This document shows positions 1 to 8,417 of a stretch of 44,509 nucleotides of DNA, piece by piece. The position numbers and the translations under genes are program-made. This DNA comes from an uncultured Gammaproteobacteria bacterium (GTDB lineage Bacteria > Patescibacteriota > Patescibacteriia > Magasanikbacterales > GWA2-37-8): NCBI GenBank assembly GCA_964531745.1, contig CAZHFX010000004.1:1-44509 (forward strand). The letters are read 5' to 3'. How positions within the stretch are numbered: the first letter of the stretch is position 1; each line of letters starts with the position of its first letter. The notes under the pieces were generated by a model. The model was given only the letters and a program-made list of their open reading frames with translations, ran no database searches and was not told the origin of the DNA.

Positions 1-436
1 GCAAAGCTTCCGTACAGGGATCAAATGTTTCAATATGCCCTCCCAGTTTCCAGCTGGCGCTATCTATCCATAACATTTTCTTATAAATAGCCAACAATTT
101 TTTATTATTGAGTCTTCGCAAATTTTTTAGACAAACCAAGTTTAAAAATTTTTTCAGCTTTCTTCTGGAGTCGCTCCAACGCCAGATCATTTTATCAATA
201 TAATTTTTGTCCCGTATTTGCCGCTCTAAATCCAGTCTCGCCAATCTCTCTTCAACCTCGCGATTAAAATAACCGCGGTGCATTTGGCCTTGATACTCAA
301 TAATGACATTTTTAAGCCCCCACGACCGTGAAACGGAAATAAAAGCACCCATTACGTAGAAAGGATACGCCGCTCCTCCCTGGCGATACCAATTCGTCTC
401 TTTTATGTGCTTCTCCAAAGCCGCTAAACTGACCAT
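1..436 (-). CDS. Partial CDS (N-terminal ~145 codons, continues past the left window edge). Possibly a third member of the PEP-mobile-domain paralog family.
   Basis: Not in the ORF track because there is no stop inside the window. Reading the minus strand from ATG at 436-434, I checked every in-frame triplet down to position 2 and found no stop (MVSLAALEKHIKETNWYRQGGAAYPFYVMGAF...). The W/Y/K-rich N-terminus only loosely resembles the N-terminal parts of the 849..2237 and 2234..3514 products. Confidence 0.5.
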   Translation of the reverse strand, partial: MVSLAALEKHIKETNWYRQGGAAYPFYVMGAFISVSRSWGLKNVIIEYQGQMHRGYFNREVEERLARLDLERQIRDKNYIDKMIWRWSDSRRKLKKFLNLVCLKNLRRLNNKKLLAIYKKMLWIDSASWKLGGHIETFDPCTEAL

Positions 437-460
437 AATTTAACAAAAATAACTTTTGCT

Positions 461-488
461 ATCATACCACGATTGCCATTAAAATCAA
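461..488 (-). promoter_or_regulatory. Candidate sigma70-type promoter for the partial CDS: TTGATT, 16-nt spacer, TGgTATGAT (extended -10).
   Basis: The reverse complement of 483..488 is TTGATT. The reverse complement of 461..466 is TATGAT, preceded by TGg. It lies about 25 nt upstream of ATG 436. Confidence 0.4.
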
Positions 489-526
489 GGAAAACACCCA
501 GTGGGGCCTTCTCATTTTTAAACACA

Positions 527-549
527 AAAGCCCTTTGTTAAAGGGCTTT
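527..549 (-). terminator. Intrinsic terminator-like hairpin after the 562..792 ORF.
   Basis: Perfect 10-bp stem AAAGCCCTTT/AAAGGGCTTT with a 3-nt loop, 13 nt past the stop. It is followed on the minus strand by TGTGTTT, a weak U-tract. Confidence 0.55.
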
Positions 550-561
550 GCTTTGAAAATT

Positions 562-792
562 TTATGCTCGTTCCAACTGTTTAATTCTCTTTTCCAATTT
601 TTCCACTCTTTCTCTCAACCCTAACACATCCACCGACAAAGCATCGGAATCTTCAGTCACCCGTTTTTCCAACCGCGCCAACTGACTTTTAATATCATCC
701 AGCTCGTTTCTAATCGCCGCCAACTCGGTGTCAACTAAAATATCGTCTACTTTTTGTTCCAATGCGGTTATTTTATTTTTCCCTTTTGGCAT
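562..792 (-). CDS. Small coiled-coil protein, unknown function.
   Basis: 76-aa ORF with heptad-like Leu/Glu/Lys/Arg periodicity (LARLEKRVTE...VEKLEKRIKQLERA). No TM segment and no recognisable motif. Confidence 0.55.
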   Translation of the reverse strand: MPKGKNKITALEQKVDDILVDTELAAIRNELDDIKSQLARLEKRVTEDSDALSVDVLGLRERVEKLEKRIKQLERA

Positions 793-848
793 ATTTTTGT
801 TTAGACTATCTTTATTATCCTATTTTCCTTCCTGACTGTCAAGCCAAA

Positions 849-2237
849 TTAAATTTTCCTCACAACCCCCTTTTCGGCGTCTACTTCCACCATATCGCCG
901 TCTTTAAAAATTTTCGTAGCGATTTTTGTGCCAACAATACAAGGTTTTTTCATTTCGCGGGCCACGATCGCGGCGTGGCACATCATCCCGCCTTCATTGG
1001 TAACAAAAGCGGCGGCGCGTTGCATGGCGGGAAGATAATTGGGATGAGTGGTATTCGCCACCAGTACCAACCCATCCTCCATTTTTTTAATATCATGGAA
1101 ACTGTTAAGCACGAGCACCGCTCCAGTAATTTTACCAGTTTGAGCAACTAGGCCAGTCACTGTGCCGGCTGTTTGTGATTGGCCTTCGAGAGCTTGCACA
1201 ATCTTGACCTGACGAACAGAAATTTTTTCATGCGCAATAATCTGCAACTTTTTACCTTGTGTGGCTAAGACGTAGGGTTGTATCTTGCGGATCGCAATAG
1301 ATTCTACCGGCAAGGCGTCATTTGTCAGGCAGGCCTTAATCTCATCAAGGGTGAGGTAGCCAAAATCAAATGGCGCACAATCAAACTTCTTTGCTAGTGC
1401 TTCCCAGAGAAAAGTCCAAGCAAAAGCGTGGTAGCGACGCAGGTCGTCGCGCCAATCTTTAAAAAAAATTATATAGGGAGCTAATTTAAGAAAATCAGCT
1501 TCAAATTTGTTCGGATGTAAAATTTTTACAAGCTGGCCAAATGAATATGACCTTGTTTCTTCTTGGAGCATTTTTGGTGCCATATTTTTTACCCACGCTT
1601 CATCAATTGGCCGATACCATATTACTGACCAACTGCGCAAAAATTGATAACGCCCCGCGAGCGTGGCAACGGAAACGCCTTTTTGTAGGTCATCTTGAAT
1701 TTTAATAATGGCTGTTTTTTTCCACGGATGATACACCGAATGTAAAATCTTTTCTCGCTCGTTGGCGGACAAACTAGCTTTGTCTAAAAGCCGAGTAAGG
1801 ATCGTGTTGCAGTCACCCTGCCAAGCTTCAATGCTCAAATAAGAAAGGATATTGTATATTTTTGTAATATTCAAAAATTCTTTCCGAAATTCTTGAAATG
1901 CTTTAACACGCTCTGCTTTTGTTCCACCGTGTTCTAGAATACTCGAAAAACGACTGCTCTCCCGTTGAATACGCTTCTTTAAGACCTGCCCCTCGCGATA
2001 ATAACGGATGATCTGAGCCGGCGAATTAAAATATTTTTTGTACAAAGAGCGGCCAAGCGCCTGGCTATCAACACCAATATAGTGAGAAAATTTTTTCCCT
2101 TGAAAATAGGTAAAGAAGAGTTCTTGTTTTGTCCGGGTAAATTTCCGAACTGAATCAATAAAATAAATATCCGCCCCTGACATAGTGGTGGCGTCCACTC
2201 CTTCACGAGATAATAGCTTTGACCATTGTGGTGTCAT
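849..2237 (-). CDS. PEP-utilising-enzyme mobile (phosphohistidine swivel) domain protein with an uncharacterised ~400-aa N-terminal region.
   Basis: The C-terminus ...AAAFVTNEGGMMCHAAIVAREMKKPCIVGT...DGDMVEVDAEKGVV matches the PEP-utilisers mobile-domain signature (GGxxxHAAIvAR). No ATP-grasp or TIM-barrel PEP-binding part is evident. Confidence 0.8.
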   Translation of the reverse strand: MTPQWSKLLSREGVDATTMSGADIYFIDSVRKFTRTKQELFFTYFQGKKFSHYIGVDSQALGRSLYKKYFNSPAQIIRYYREGQVLKKRIQRESSRFSSILEHGGTKAERVKAFQEFRKEFLNITKIYNILSYLSIEAWQGDCNTILTRLLDKASLSANEREKILHSVYHPWKKTAIIKIQDDLQKGVSVATLAGRYQFLRSWSVIWYRPIDEAWVKNMAPKMLQEETRSYSFGQLVKILHPNKFEADFLKLAPYIIFFKDWRDDLRRYHAFAWTFLWEALAKKFDCAPFDFGYLTLDEIKACLTNDALPVESIAIRKIQPYVLATQGKKLQIIAHEKISVRQVKIVQALEGQSQTAGTVTGLVAQTGKITGAVLVLNSFHDIKKMEDGLVLVANTTHPNYLPAMQRAAAFVTNEGGMMCHAAIVAREMKKPCIVGTKIATKIFKDGDMVEVDAEKGVVRKI

Positions 2238-3514
2238 AGTTTACGGACTATTCCTTTGTTAGCATCCACCTCCACCATGTCGCCGTCTTTAAAAATTTTG
2301 GTTGCAATCTTTGTCCCAATCACACAGGGTTTTTTGAGCTCGCGTGAAAGTATGGCGGCGTGGCAAGTAATACCACCTTCGTCGGTGACAAAAGCGGCCG
2401 CGCGACGCATGGCCGAGAGATACGCCGGGACGGTCATATTTGTAATTAAAATATCGCCGGTTTTCAGCTTGTTAATATCTTGCGGCGTTAAAACAACTTT
2501 TACCACCCCTTGCGCATATCCTTTGTAAGCGGACACACCGTGCGCGATATCTTCTGTCGCCGTAATTTTTTGTTGGATGATAGAATCGGTCACGATAATT
2601 TCATCGTAGTATTTCAAAATTGCGTAGGCGTGTGGGAGCGGCCTCACAATACCACGCAAAAGATCTTCCGGAATACAATCTTTAACTGACGGCACCCCAA
2701 AGACTTTGGCGGCCCGATCAAAAATCGGCTGAGCGAGATGATACAACTCCCACAACACATCGGTGCGAAGTGTGCGTAAGTAGACAAGCTCTTGAACCTC
2801 GCGAACTAATCGTTGGAGAGGTGCGGGAATGTCGGAAATGCGCCTGGCTTCGGGTGATTTACGGATAGTTTCTTTCTGAAGAGCTCGGATTTCTTCCCTG
2901 GTGTAGCCTGGGCGAAAACCACCGCGCGCTTTAATCCACGAATATTTCTCGTGGAGCGTTTTTACATCCACCCCGGCGCGCATATCATCCTCCATTAGAG
3001 CCAGCGAATTCTTTTTTGAGGGAAAACTAATATCGCCAACAAACGTTTCCAGTTTTTCTTCGGGTACGTAAGATCGGCATGCTTCCCGAATAATGCCGTG
3101 GTAATAGGCTTCGGAGCCGTGGGCCACCCACGCGTAGACATTAACCGGACGAATGACTTCAATAACTTTTCTATAATCTTCGCGCGGATCTCTGGGCGCG
3201 CTGAGAAGACGCTGGATAGTTGCCCGGCCATTTACCAAGAGATCCTCACATTGCCGAGTGAGAGTAATAATATCTTTTTGTTGCAAATACTGCTCGGCTT
3301 CTTTGGCGCCCAAATGAAACATTTCCGATGTACTGTACCAATCGTCGGTGTCATAGAGAGCGGTGGGGAATTCTCCGTCAATGCCCTGGGTTTTATACAC
3401 TGACCGCAACGCCCCTACCATCAAGAGATAGGTAACGAGTGGATCAAAACGCCGGTGGAGCCACGGTTCCCAGGGCATCCGCGCAAATTTTTTGATAATT
3501 TTATCTTTGGTCAT
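2234..3514 (-). CDS. PEP-utilising-enzyme mobile-domain protein, a tandem paralog.
   Basis: The C-terminus ...AAAFVTDEGGITCHAAILSRELKKPCVIGTKIATKIFKDGDMVEVDANKG shares 44 of 55 residues with the neighbour. Its stop overlaps the downstream gene's start (ATGA at 2234-2237). Confidence 0.8.
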   Translation of the reverse strand: MTKDKIIKKFARMPWEPWLHRRFDPLVTYLLMVGALRSVYKTQGIDGEFPTALYDTDDWYSTSEMFHLGAKEAEQYLQQKDIITLTRQCEDLLVNGRATIQRLLSAPRDPREDYRKVIEVIRPVNVYAWVAHGSEAYYHGIIREACRSYVPEEKLETFVGDISFPSKKNSLALMEDDMRAGVDVKTLHEKYSWIKARGGFRPGYTREEIRALQKETIRKSPEARRISDIPAPLQRLVREVQELVYLRTLRTDVLWELYHLAQPIFDRAAKVFGVPSVKDCIPEDLLRGIVRPLPHAYAILKYYDEIIVTDSIIQQKITATEDIAHGVSAYKGYAQGVVKVVLTPQDINKLKTGDILITNMTVPAYLSAMRRAAAFVTDEGGITCHAAILSRELKKPCVIGTKIATKIFKDGDMVEVDANKGIVRKL

Positions 3515-3599
3515 ATTTTTCTAATATACTGCGTATATTTTCTGGTTCTCTAATCTTACTCTTTACCGTGGTTTTTTTCAATTTTGAACAAACAGCAAA

Positions 3600-3632
3600 G
3601 GGCGCCCCCCGTGGCTATCGCTCGGGGCGCCC
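3600..3632 (-). terminator. GC-rich hairpin downstream of the VirD4-like gene.
   Basis: 9-bp stem GGGCGCCCC/GGGGCGCCC with a 15-nt loop, followed on the minus strand by CTTTGCTGTTTGTT. Confidence 0.45.
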
Positions 3633-3662
3633 TCTCTGCCATCACACTGAAAGGTGTGTTTT

Positions 3663-5777
3663 TTATTCTTCAAGTTTTATCACTTTGCCGGGCTGAAGAA
3701 TTTTTGTTGAAGCGGTCGGTTTTTGTTGAGCGGACGAAGAAGGGACTACTTCGGCAACCACCCCTCGCCCCTCCTTGGGAAGGAGGGGATTTTTACTCGC
3801 TGGTGGCGGTGGAACAAACTCTCTGACCGGAGCTGGTGGCGCGACTGGAGGCATATTCGCCGGTAGCAGCCCAAGATCCATGGCCGATGGGCCGTTGTCT
3901 GGTTTTGATTCTCGTAAAGCGGGTGGCTCCACAATAAAAGGGGCGGGCGGGCGAAAAATATTTTGCGGTTGCGGCTCCGGCGCTGACGCGCGTGGCGACG
4001 GCGGTGGATTATTTCCGCCGACTGCTTGGGCCAAAGAAATACCTTTTTGACTAACATCAACAAGCTGAACATTTCCACCAGTGGCTCCGGGAGGGAGGTT
4101 GTAATTGCCGCCTGAAGCGGATCCGCCTCGGGCGGACCTTTTCTTCTTTCTATTGCGGCCTGAACCTGGTTCGCGAGGAGCGCCACCGACATTTGACCAT
4201 CCCTCACTACGCTTCGGCGAGGTAAGTGGAGCCGGTTGATTTTGTGGCGGTCTGGGCGCGGTAGATGAAGGAGACGACGCCCGCGGAGCGCTTGGTGGCG
4301 GAGATTTAACAACCGGAGGGTTGGCGGGTTTTGGCGGCGCTGATTTCAATACTGGCGTTAGGGCGGGAGCGGATGCCTCTTTTTTAAACATCGCTTCTTC
4401 CTCGCCTATCTCCAAGCCCCCCGCCTCATCGGCGCCCATGGGGATCATGCCGCTCCAGCGCATAATTTTGTCTTCAATTTTTTCTTTGGGTATGGCGTAA
4501 CGTTCGCGGGAAACTCGCACAACCTTCTCGGCACTGTCGGTGGACGAGCCAACGGGCGGCAGGGTCTGGGCGCTAAAGGGGCGCGAGGCCACGCCGTCAA
4601 TCATGAGTTTTAAATAGATCTGATATTTAGGCAGGTTGACCAAATCTTCTTCTATAAAGGTGGGGGTAAACTCTTTGGCCAAAATCTCGGCGTCGCTGGA
4701 GCCGACGCGATAGGTGACCATGGTACCGACGTTACCAATGACGGCCGCGAGCACCATTTCATCCAGTTGTTCCATATATTGGTGCGCCATGGTGAGATCC
4801 AGGCGGTACTTACGCGCCTCGGACAAAATGTTGGCAAAACTTTCCGTGGCAAAGTTTTGAAACTCATCAACGTACAAAAAGAAATCTTTGCGAGTATTTT
4901 CGGGCATATCCACGCGCTCCATGGCGGCGAGCTGAATTTTGGTGATAAGCATACCGCCGAGCAGGCGCGAGTTGTCTTCACCGATGCGGCCCTTGGACAG
5001 GTTCATGATAAAAATTTTCTGATTGTCCATGATCTCGCGGATATCAATGCGCGATTTGACCTGCGCCACAATATTGCGGATGACGGAGGCGGACAAAAAC
5101 TGACCAATCTTATTTTGGATAGGCGCCACCGCTTCTTGTTTGTATTTATCGTTGTACCCGGCGAATTCAGTTTGCCAAAAGGCTTTGACCACCGGGTCTT
5201 TGAGGTTGTTCACCACGCGGCGGCGGTAGTCTTCGTCCGCAAGCAGACGGTTGATGCCGAGAAGCGTGGTGCCCGGATAATCCAAGAGGGCCAAGAGGGT
5301 GTTGTTCAAAATGTATTCCATACGGGCGCTCCAGACATCCGGCCAAATTTTCTTAAAGACGCCCATGAGGCCGCTGGCGACGAGGTGACGGTATTCCGGG
5401 TTGATGGATTCCAAAATGTTAAAACCAATGGGGAAATTAATGTCCGCCGGGTTGAAGTAGATTACGTCGTTGATGCGGTTGGTGGGAATGAAGTTGATAA
5501 TTTTTTCGGCAAAATCGCCGTGCGGGTCTACCAGCCCCACCCCGTGGCCGGCATAAATGTCGTTCAAGACCATGTTCTCCAGCAGGGTGGTTTTGCCCAT
5601 GCCAGTTTTACCGACCACATACATGTGGCGGCGACGATCGTCAATTTTAATTCCGAATTTCCGGTTCTGATTCCTAAAATTATTAACGGCAAAAAAGTTG
5701 ATTTCCGAATCAACTCCCACCGCTGGTTCTCCGCTAGGTTTCTTTTGAGTATCGTCCATATAATTATTATACCGCAC
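3663..5777 (-). CDS. Soluble VirD4/TraG/TraD-like (type IV coupling protein / DUF87-type) P-loop ATPase with a ~260-aa Pro/Ala/Ser/Gly-rich C-terminal tail.
   Basis: Walker A is VVGKTGMGKTT and the Walker B-like segment is FFLYVDEFQNF, then LTMAHQY. No N-terminal TM helices. The track start is GTG 5777, and an alternative ATG lies at 5759. The tail (…PPKPANPPVVKSPPPSAPRASSP…PPVAPPAPVREFVPPPPA…) is low complexity. Confidence 0.7.
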   Translation of the reverse strand: MRYNNYMDDTQKKPSGEPAVGVDSEINFFAVNNFRNQNRKFGIKIDDRRRHMYVVGKTGMGKTTLLENMVLNDIYAGHGVGLVDPHGDFAEKIINFIPTNRINDVIYFNPADINFPIGFNILESINPEYRHLVASGLMGVFKKIWPDVWSARMEYILNNTLLALLDYPGTTLLGINRLLADEDYRRRVVNNLKDPVVKAFWQTEFAGYNDKYKQEAVAPIQNKIGQFLSASVIRNIVAQVKSRIDIREIMDNQKIFIMNLSKGRIGEDNSRLLGGMLITKIQLAAMERVDMPENTRKDFFLYVDEFQNFATESFANILSEARKYRLDLTMAHQYMEQLDEMVLAAVIGNVGTMVTYRVGSSDAEILAKEFTPTFIEEDLVNLPKYQIYLKLMIDGVASRPFSAQTLPPVGSSTDSAEKVVRVSRERYAIPKEKIEDKIMRWSGMIPMGADEAGGLEIGEEEAMFKKEASAPALTPVLKSAPPKPANPPVVKSPPPSAPRASSPSSTAPRPPQNQPAPLTSPKRSEGWSNVGGAPREPGSGRNRKKKRSARGGSASGGNYNLPPGATGGNVQLVDVSQKGISLAQAVGGNNPPPSPRASAPEPQPQNIFRPPAPFIVEPPALRESKPDNGPSAMDLGLLPANMPPVAPPAPVREFVPPPPASKNPLLPKEGRGVVAEVVPSSSAQQKPTASTKILQPGKVIKLEE

Positions 5778-5807
5778 GAACGCCTATTCTTCAATCGCGC
5801 GACAAAC

Positions 5808-6515
5808 TTAGACGACAAAATATTTTTTCCAGAGTTCAAACAATTCTTTGGTGGCGCGCAGATCGCCGACATTGTACCTGGCGATGTCCGTATACTTTTT
5901 CTCTTTAAAAAGCCGAGCGACATCATCGCCGCTGACGCCGCCCTCTTTGGGACTCTTGACGCCAAAAGCCCGGCTCCAAAGATGCAGGCTTCCCCGGCGG
6001 CGCAGGGCGCCGTAGAAACTTAACTGATCCAGCAGGTCCACGTGTTCGGCTCCCCGTTGCATGCTTAAGTACCGGTTGGACAGCAAATTTTTTGTTGGTT
6101 TCACCCGGTGGATGGCCGAGCGCACCGCCAGATAGGGCGCGTCAAACTGCCGACCGTTGAAAGAAACAAAGGTGGTAAATTTTTCCGCCACTTGCCAAAA
6201 ATTGGCAAGCATCTCCGCTTCGGTTTTTTGTTTGAATATTATCCCCTCTTCCTCAAATTCGCTGTGCTTCTCTTCCGGCGCCTGATAGTACACAGCCCCT
6301 TTACCCCGTTCCGCGTCTAAAATACCGATGGCGACAATTTGCCCGGTGAGCGGAGAGAACCCGAGACCATTTTTAACGTCGTCCAGCGCGCGCTCATATT
6401 CGCCGTCATCGTAGGATTCCCGCTTGAGCCAGCGCGTTAACATCGCCTGCGTGGTTTTATCAAGCAAATTATAGTCTTCGCCGACAGTTTCAATGTCAAA
6501 AACGAGAGCGGACAT
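5808..6515 (-). CDS. RNase H-fold 3'-5' exonuclease related to the PolB exonuclease domain.
   Basis: It has the N-terminal ExoI-like motif LVFDIETVGE and an FNGRQFDAPYL motif typical of the stand-alone PolB-exo-like family. 235 aa. Confidence 0.65.
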   Translation of the reverse strand: MSALVFDIETVGEDYNLLDKTTQAMLTRWLKRESYDDGEYERALDDVKNGLGFSPLTGQIVAIGILDAERGKGAVYYQAPEEKHSEFEEEGIIFKQKTEAEMLANFWQVAEKFTTFVSFNGRQFDAPYLAVRSAIHRVKPTKNLLSNRYLSMQRGAEHVDLLDQLSFYGALRRRGSLHLWSRAFGVKSPKEGGVSGDDVARLFKEKKYTDIARYNVGDLRATKELFELWKKYFVV

Positions 6516-6552
6516 ACGAATGAAAAATGCTAAATATTAAATAACAACCGCT

Positions 6553-7254
6553 CTATTGTTCCTCGATCGTTACGCTGTTAACCACCACCGGATTCACCGG
6601 CCGAGATTTTTCACCGCCATTACTTTCGGTGACAGCCGCGCCCGCGATGGCGTCAATTACCTCTAGACCCTGCGTCACCTGCCCGAAAATAACATACTTG
6701 GGAGGGAGCGGGACGTCTTGGTGCATAATGAAAAATTGACTGCCATTGGTATTGGGGCCGGCATTTGCCATCGCCACCGTGCCGCGCGCGTACTCGCCCT
6801 TAAAAGGTTCATCGGCAAAACGATAACCCGGGCCGCCGGCGCCGTCGCCTTTCGGATCGCCGCCTTGAATCATAAAATTTTTAACGACCCGATGAAAAAT
6901 TGTTCCATCATAAAAATGCTCCCGGGCAAGAGCGACAAAATTATTCACGGTGTTGGGCGTCATAGCCGCGTTTAGGCTGATAACTATGTTGCCGGCAGTG
7001 GTGGCGAGAGCGGCCGAATATTTTTTTTGTTTATCAATAGTAAGCGGAAATGGTTTCATAAAAGAGATATTTTTAGCCGACGGCGGGCTTTCCGCCGGCG
7101 ACGCGGGATTGCTTAAATTAATACTATCTAAAGAAATTTGATCCAGCGAAGGCGGTGCTGCGCCTTCCTGGTCTTGGTCCTGGCCGGCAAGACCGCTGAC
7201 GACAACCCATACCAGCAACCCGGCGCAGAATAATATTATAATGAAACGGATCAT
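6553..7254 (-). CDS. Cyclophilin-type peptidyl-prolyl cis-trans isomerase, N-terminally membrane-anchored or secreted.
   Basis: FHRVVKNFMIQGGDP...GTVAMANAGPNTNGSQFFI is the classic cyclophilin signature. The N-terminal hydrophobic helix is MIRFIIILFCAGLLVWVVV. Confidence 0.9.
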   Translation of the reverse strand: MIRFIIILFCAGLLVWVVVSGLAGQDQDQEGAAPPSLDQISLDSINLSNPASPAESPPSAKNISFMKPFPLTIDKQKKYSAALATTAGNIVISLNAAMTPNTVNNFVALAREHFYDGTIFHRVVKNFMIQGGDPKGDGAGGPGYRFADEPFKGEYARGTVAMANAGPNTNGSQFFIMHQDVPLPPKYVIFGQVTQGLEVIDAIAGAAVTESNGGEKSRPVNPVVVNSVTIEEQ

Positions 7255-7258
7255 AATT

Positions 7259-7855
7259 TTAATTGCATGTTGCCCATAATCCGCGGCCGGCTAAACGCGC
7301 TTCGCGAGCGGCCGCGACAAATTCCTCGGCGTGTTTCACGTCGGGCGGAAAAGTCGCCGAACGGACGTACCCTTCTTTTGCCAATTCAAGATTAATAAAA
7401 GTTCCGTCCAAAAGATACACATAGCGGAGCAATCGGCCGTAGCGATCGGTTTCGGAAACATCTTTCACCAGACGCACCATTTTGCCCTCCGCTAATTCGG
7501 TATTTCTTTTTGACGCCTCCCGGCCAAAACATTGCGCCGATTTTTTTGGATGCACTGTTTCCGGGGCGTCCACCCCGATATAACGCACCTTCTCGCTGGT
7601 TTCAAGTTCAATGGTATCACCATCAATAACGCGCGCAACGACGGACGCGCCAAACTCGTTGATTATTTTTTTACCCATCACTTGCGGAGTGCTGGAACGA
7701 CTAGCTGTTCCAGTCGCCGTGGTTGGCTGATTGATCGCGACCAAAATTGTCCGTTTGCCGATATAGGCCGGAGCGCTGCCGTGCCACCAGTATGCCGCCG
7801 CGCCTAGACTAAAAATTAAAACTACACGCACCAGACTTTTGGCAGACAACCGCAT
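7259..7855 (-). CDS. Thermonuclease (staphylococcal nuclease, SNase) family protein with an N-terminal signal or anchor.
   Basis: VIDGDTIEL...VRYIGVDAPE...REA...YGRLLRYVY are SNase-fold catalytic and Ca-binding motifs. The N-terminus is hydrophobic. Confidence 0.85.
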   Translation of the reverse strand: MRLSAKSLVRVVLIFSLGAAAYWWHGSAPAYIGKRTILVAINQPTTATGTASRSSTPQVMGKKIINEFGASVVARVIDGDTIELETSEKVRYIGVDAPETVHPKKSAQCFGREASKRNTELAEGKMVRLVKDVSETDRYGRLLRYVYLLDGTFINLELAKEGYVRSATFPPDVKHAEEFVAAAREARLAGRGLWATCN

Positions 7856-7856
7856 A

Positions 7857-8417
7857 TTATTGATTCTCCGTTTGAATTTTCAGCACTTGTTCGCGCGCCA
7901 GCGCCCAAGCCGCCAAAGTTTTGCCGTCCCAAATCTGGCCCTGGCGAATCATATCTTCAAACTCGTCTACTCTCCGCTCAATAACTTCAATGGATTCTTC
8001 AACGTCTAAATTTTGTTTACCAGAAAAAACCGCTCCGTGAGCCACAAAAATATGAATAGGATTGATGAAATAGGCATTCATTGGTTCAAATCCAGCGACA
8101 CTGACAAAGTCATCGGCTTGATACCCTGTTTCCTCCAACAATTCCCTTTTAACCGCGGCTAGAGAAGATTCTCCAGCCTCCATAGCGCCGGCGGGAAACT
8201 CAATGGAGAGCTTATCCAACAAATACCGATATTGCACTACCAGCACCAATTTGCCGTCGGCAGTCACCGGAATAGCCAGCGCCGCCCCGGGCTTCTCGCC
8301 GTAAAAATATTCCGCCGGAGTGCCATTCGGCAAAGAGCACACGTCATGCTTATAAAGCCAGCGAGAATTTTGATGAAGAATTTCAGATGAAATTTTTTTC
8401 AAATGACGAGTAGTCAT
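7857..8417 (-). CDS. NUDIX hydrolase (ADP-ribose pyrophosphatase-like).
   Basis: The Nudix box is GAMEAGESSLAAVKRELLEETGY. Its start overlaps the HIT gene stop (ATGA at 8414-8417). Confidence 0.85.
   Translation of the reverse strand: MTTRHLKKISSEILHQNSRWLYKHDVCSLPNGTPAEYFYGEKPGAALAIPVTADGKLVLVVQYRYLLDKLSIEFPAGAMEAGESSLAAVKRELLEETGYQADDFVSVAGFEPMNAYFINPIHIFVAHGAVFSGKQNLDVEESIEVIERRVDEFEDMIRQGQIWDGKTLAAWALAREQVLKIQTENQ

Noticed and set aside
762-3403. Plus-strand ORFs 762..1151, 2226..2528 and 3098..3403, and the minus-strand alternative-frame ORFs 1979..2206 and 2995..3231.
   Set aside because: All lie inside the two PEP-mobile-domain genes, either on the opposite strand or in another frame, and none has recognisable motifs. 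They are treated as spurious.
3643-3664. Plus-strand terminator-like hairpin (CACACT-GAAA-GGTGTG followed by TTTTTT) overlapping the stop of the VirD4-like gene.
   Set aside because: There is no credible plus-strand gene upstream for it to terminate. On the coding (minus) strand the U-tract is on the wrong side. It may block antisense read-through, but I do not call it a feature.
4767-6023. 418-aa plus-strand ORF, and several 60-190-aa ORFs in 3584..4312, 4652..4981 and 5564..5965.
   Set aside because: They are antisense to, or out of frame with, the well-supported VirD4-like ATPase and exonuclease genes. Their products are low-complexity or motif-free. The long open frames are explained by the Pro/Gly/Ala-rich coding bias of the opposite strand.
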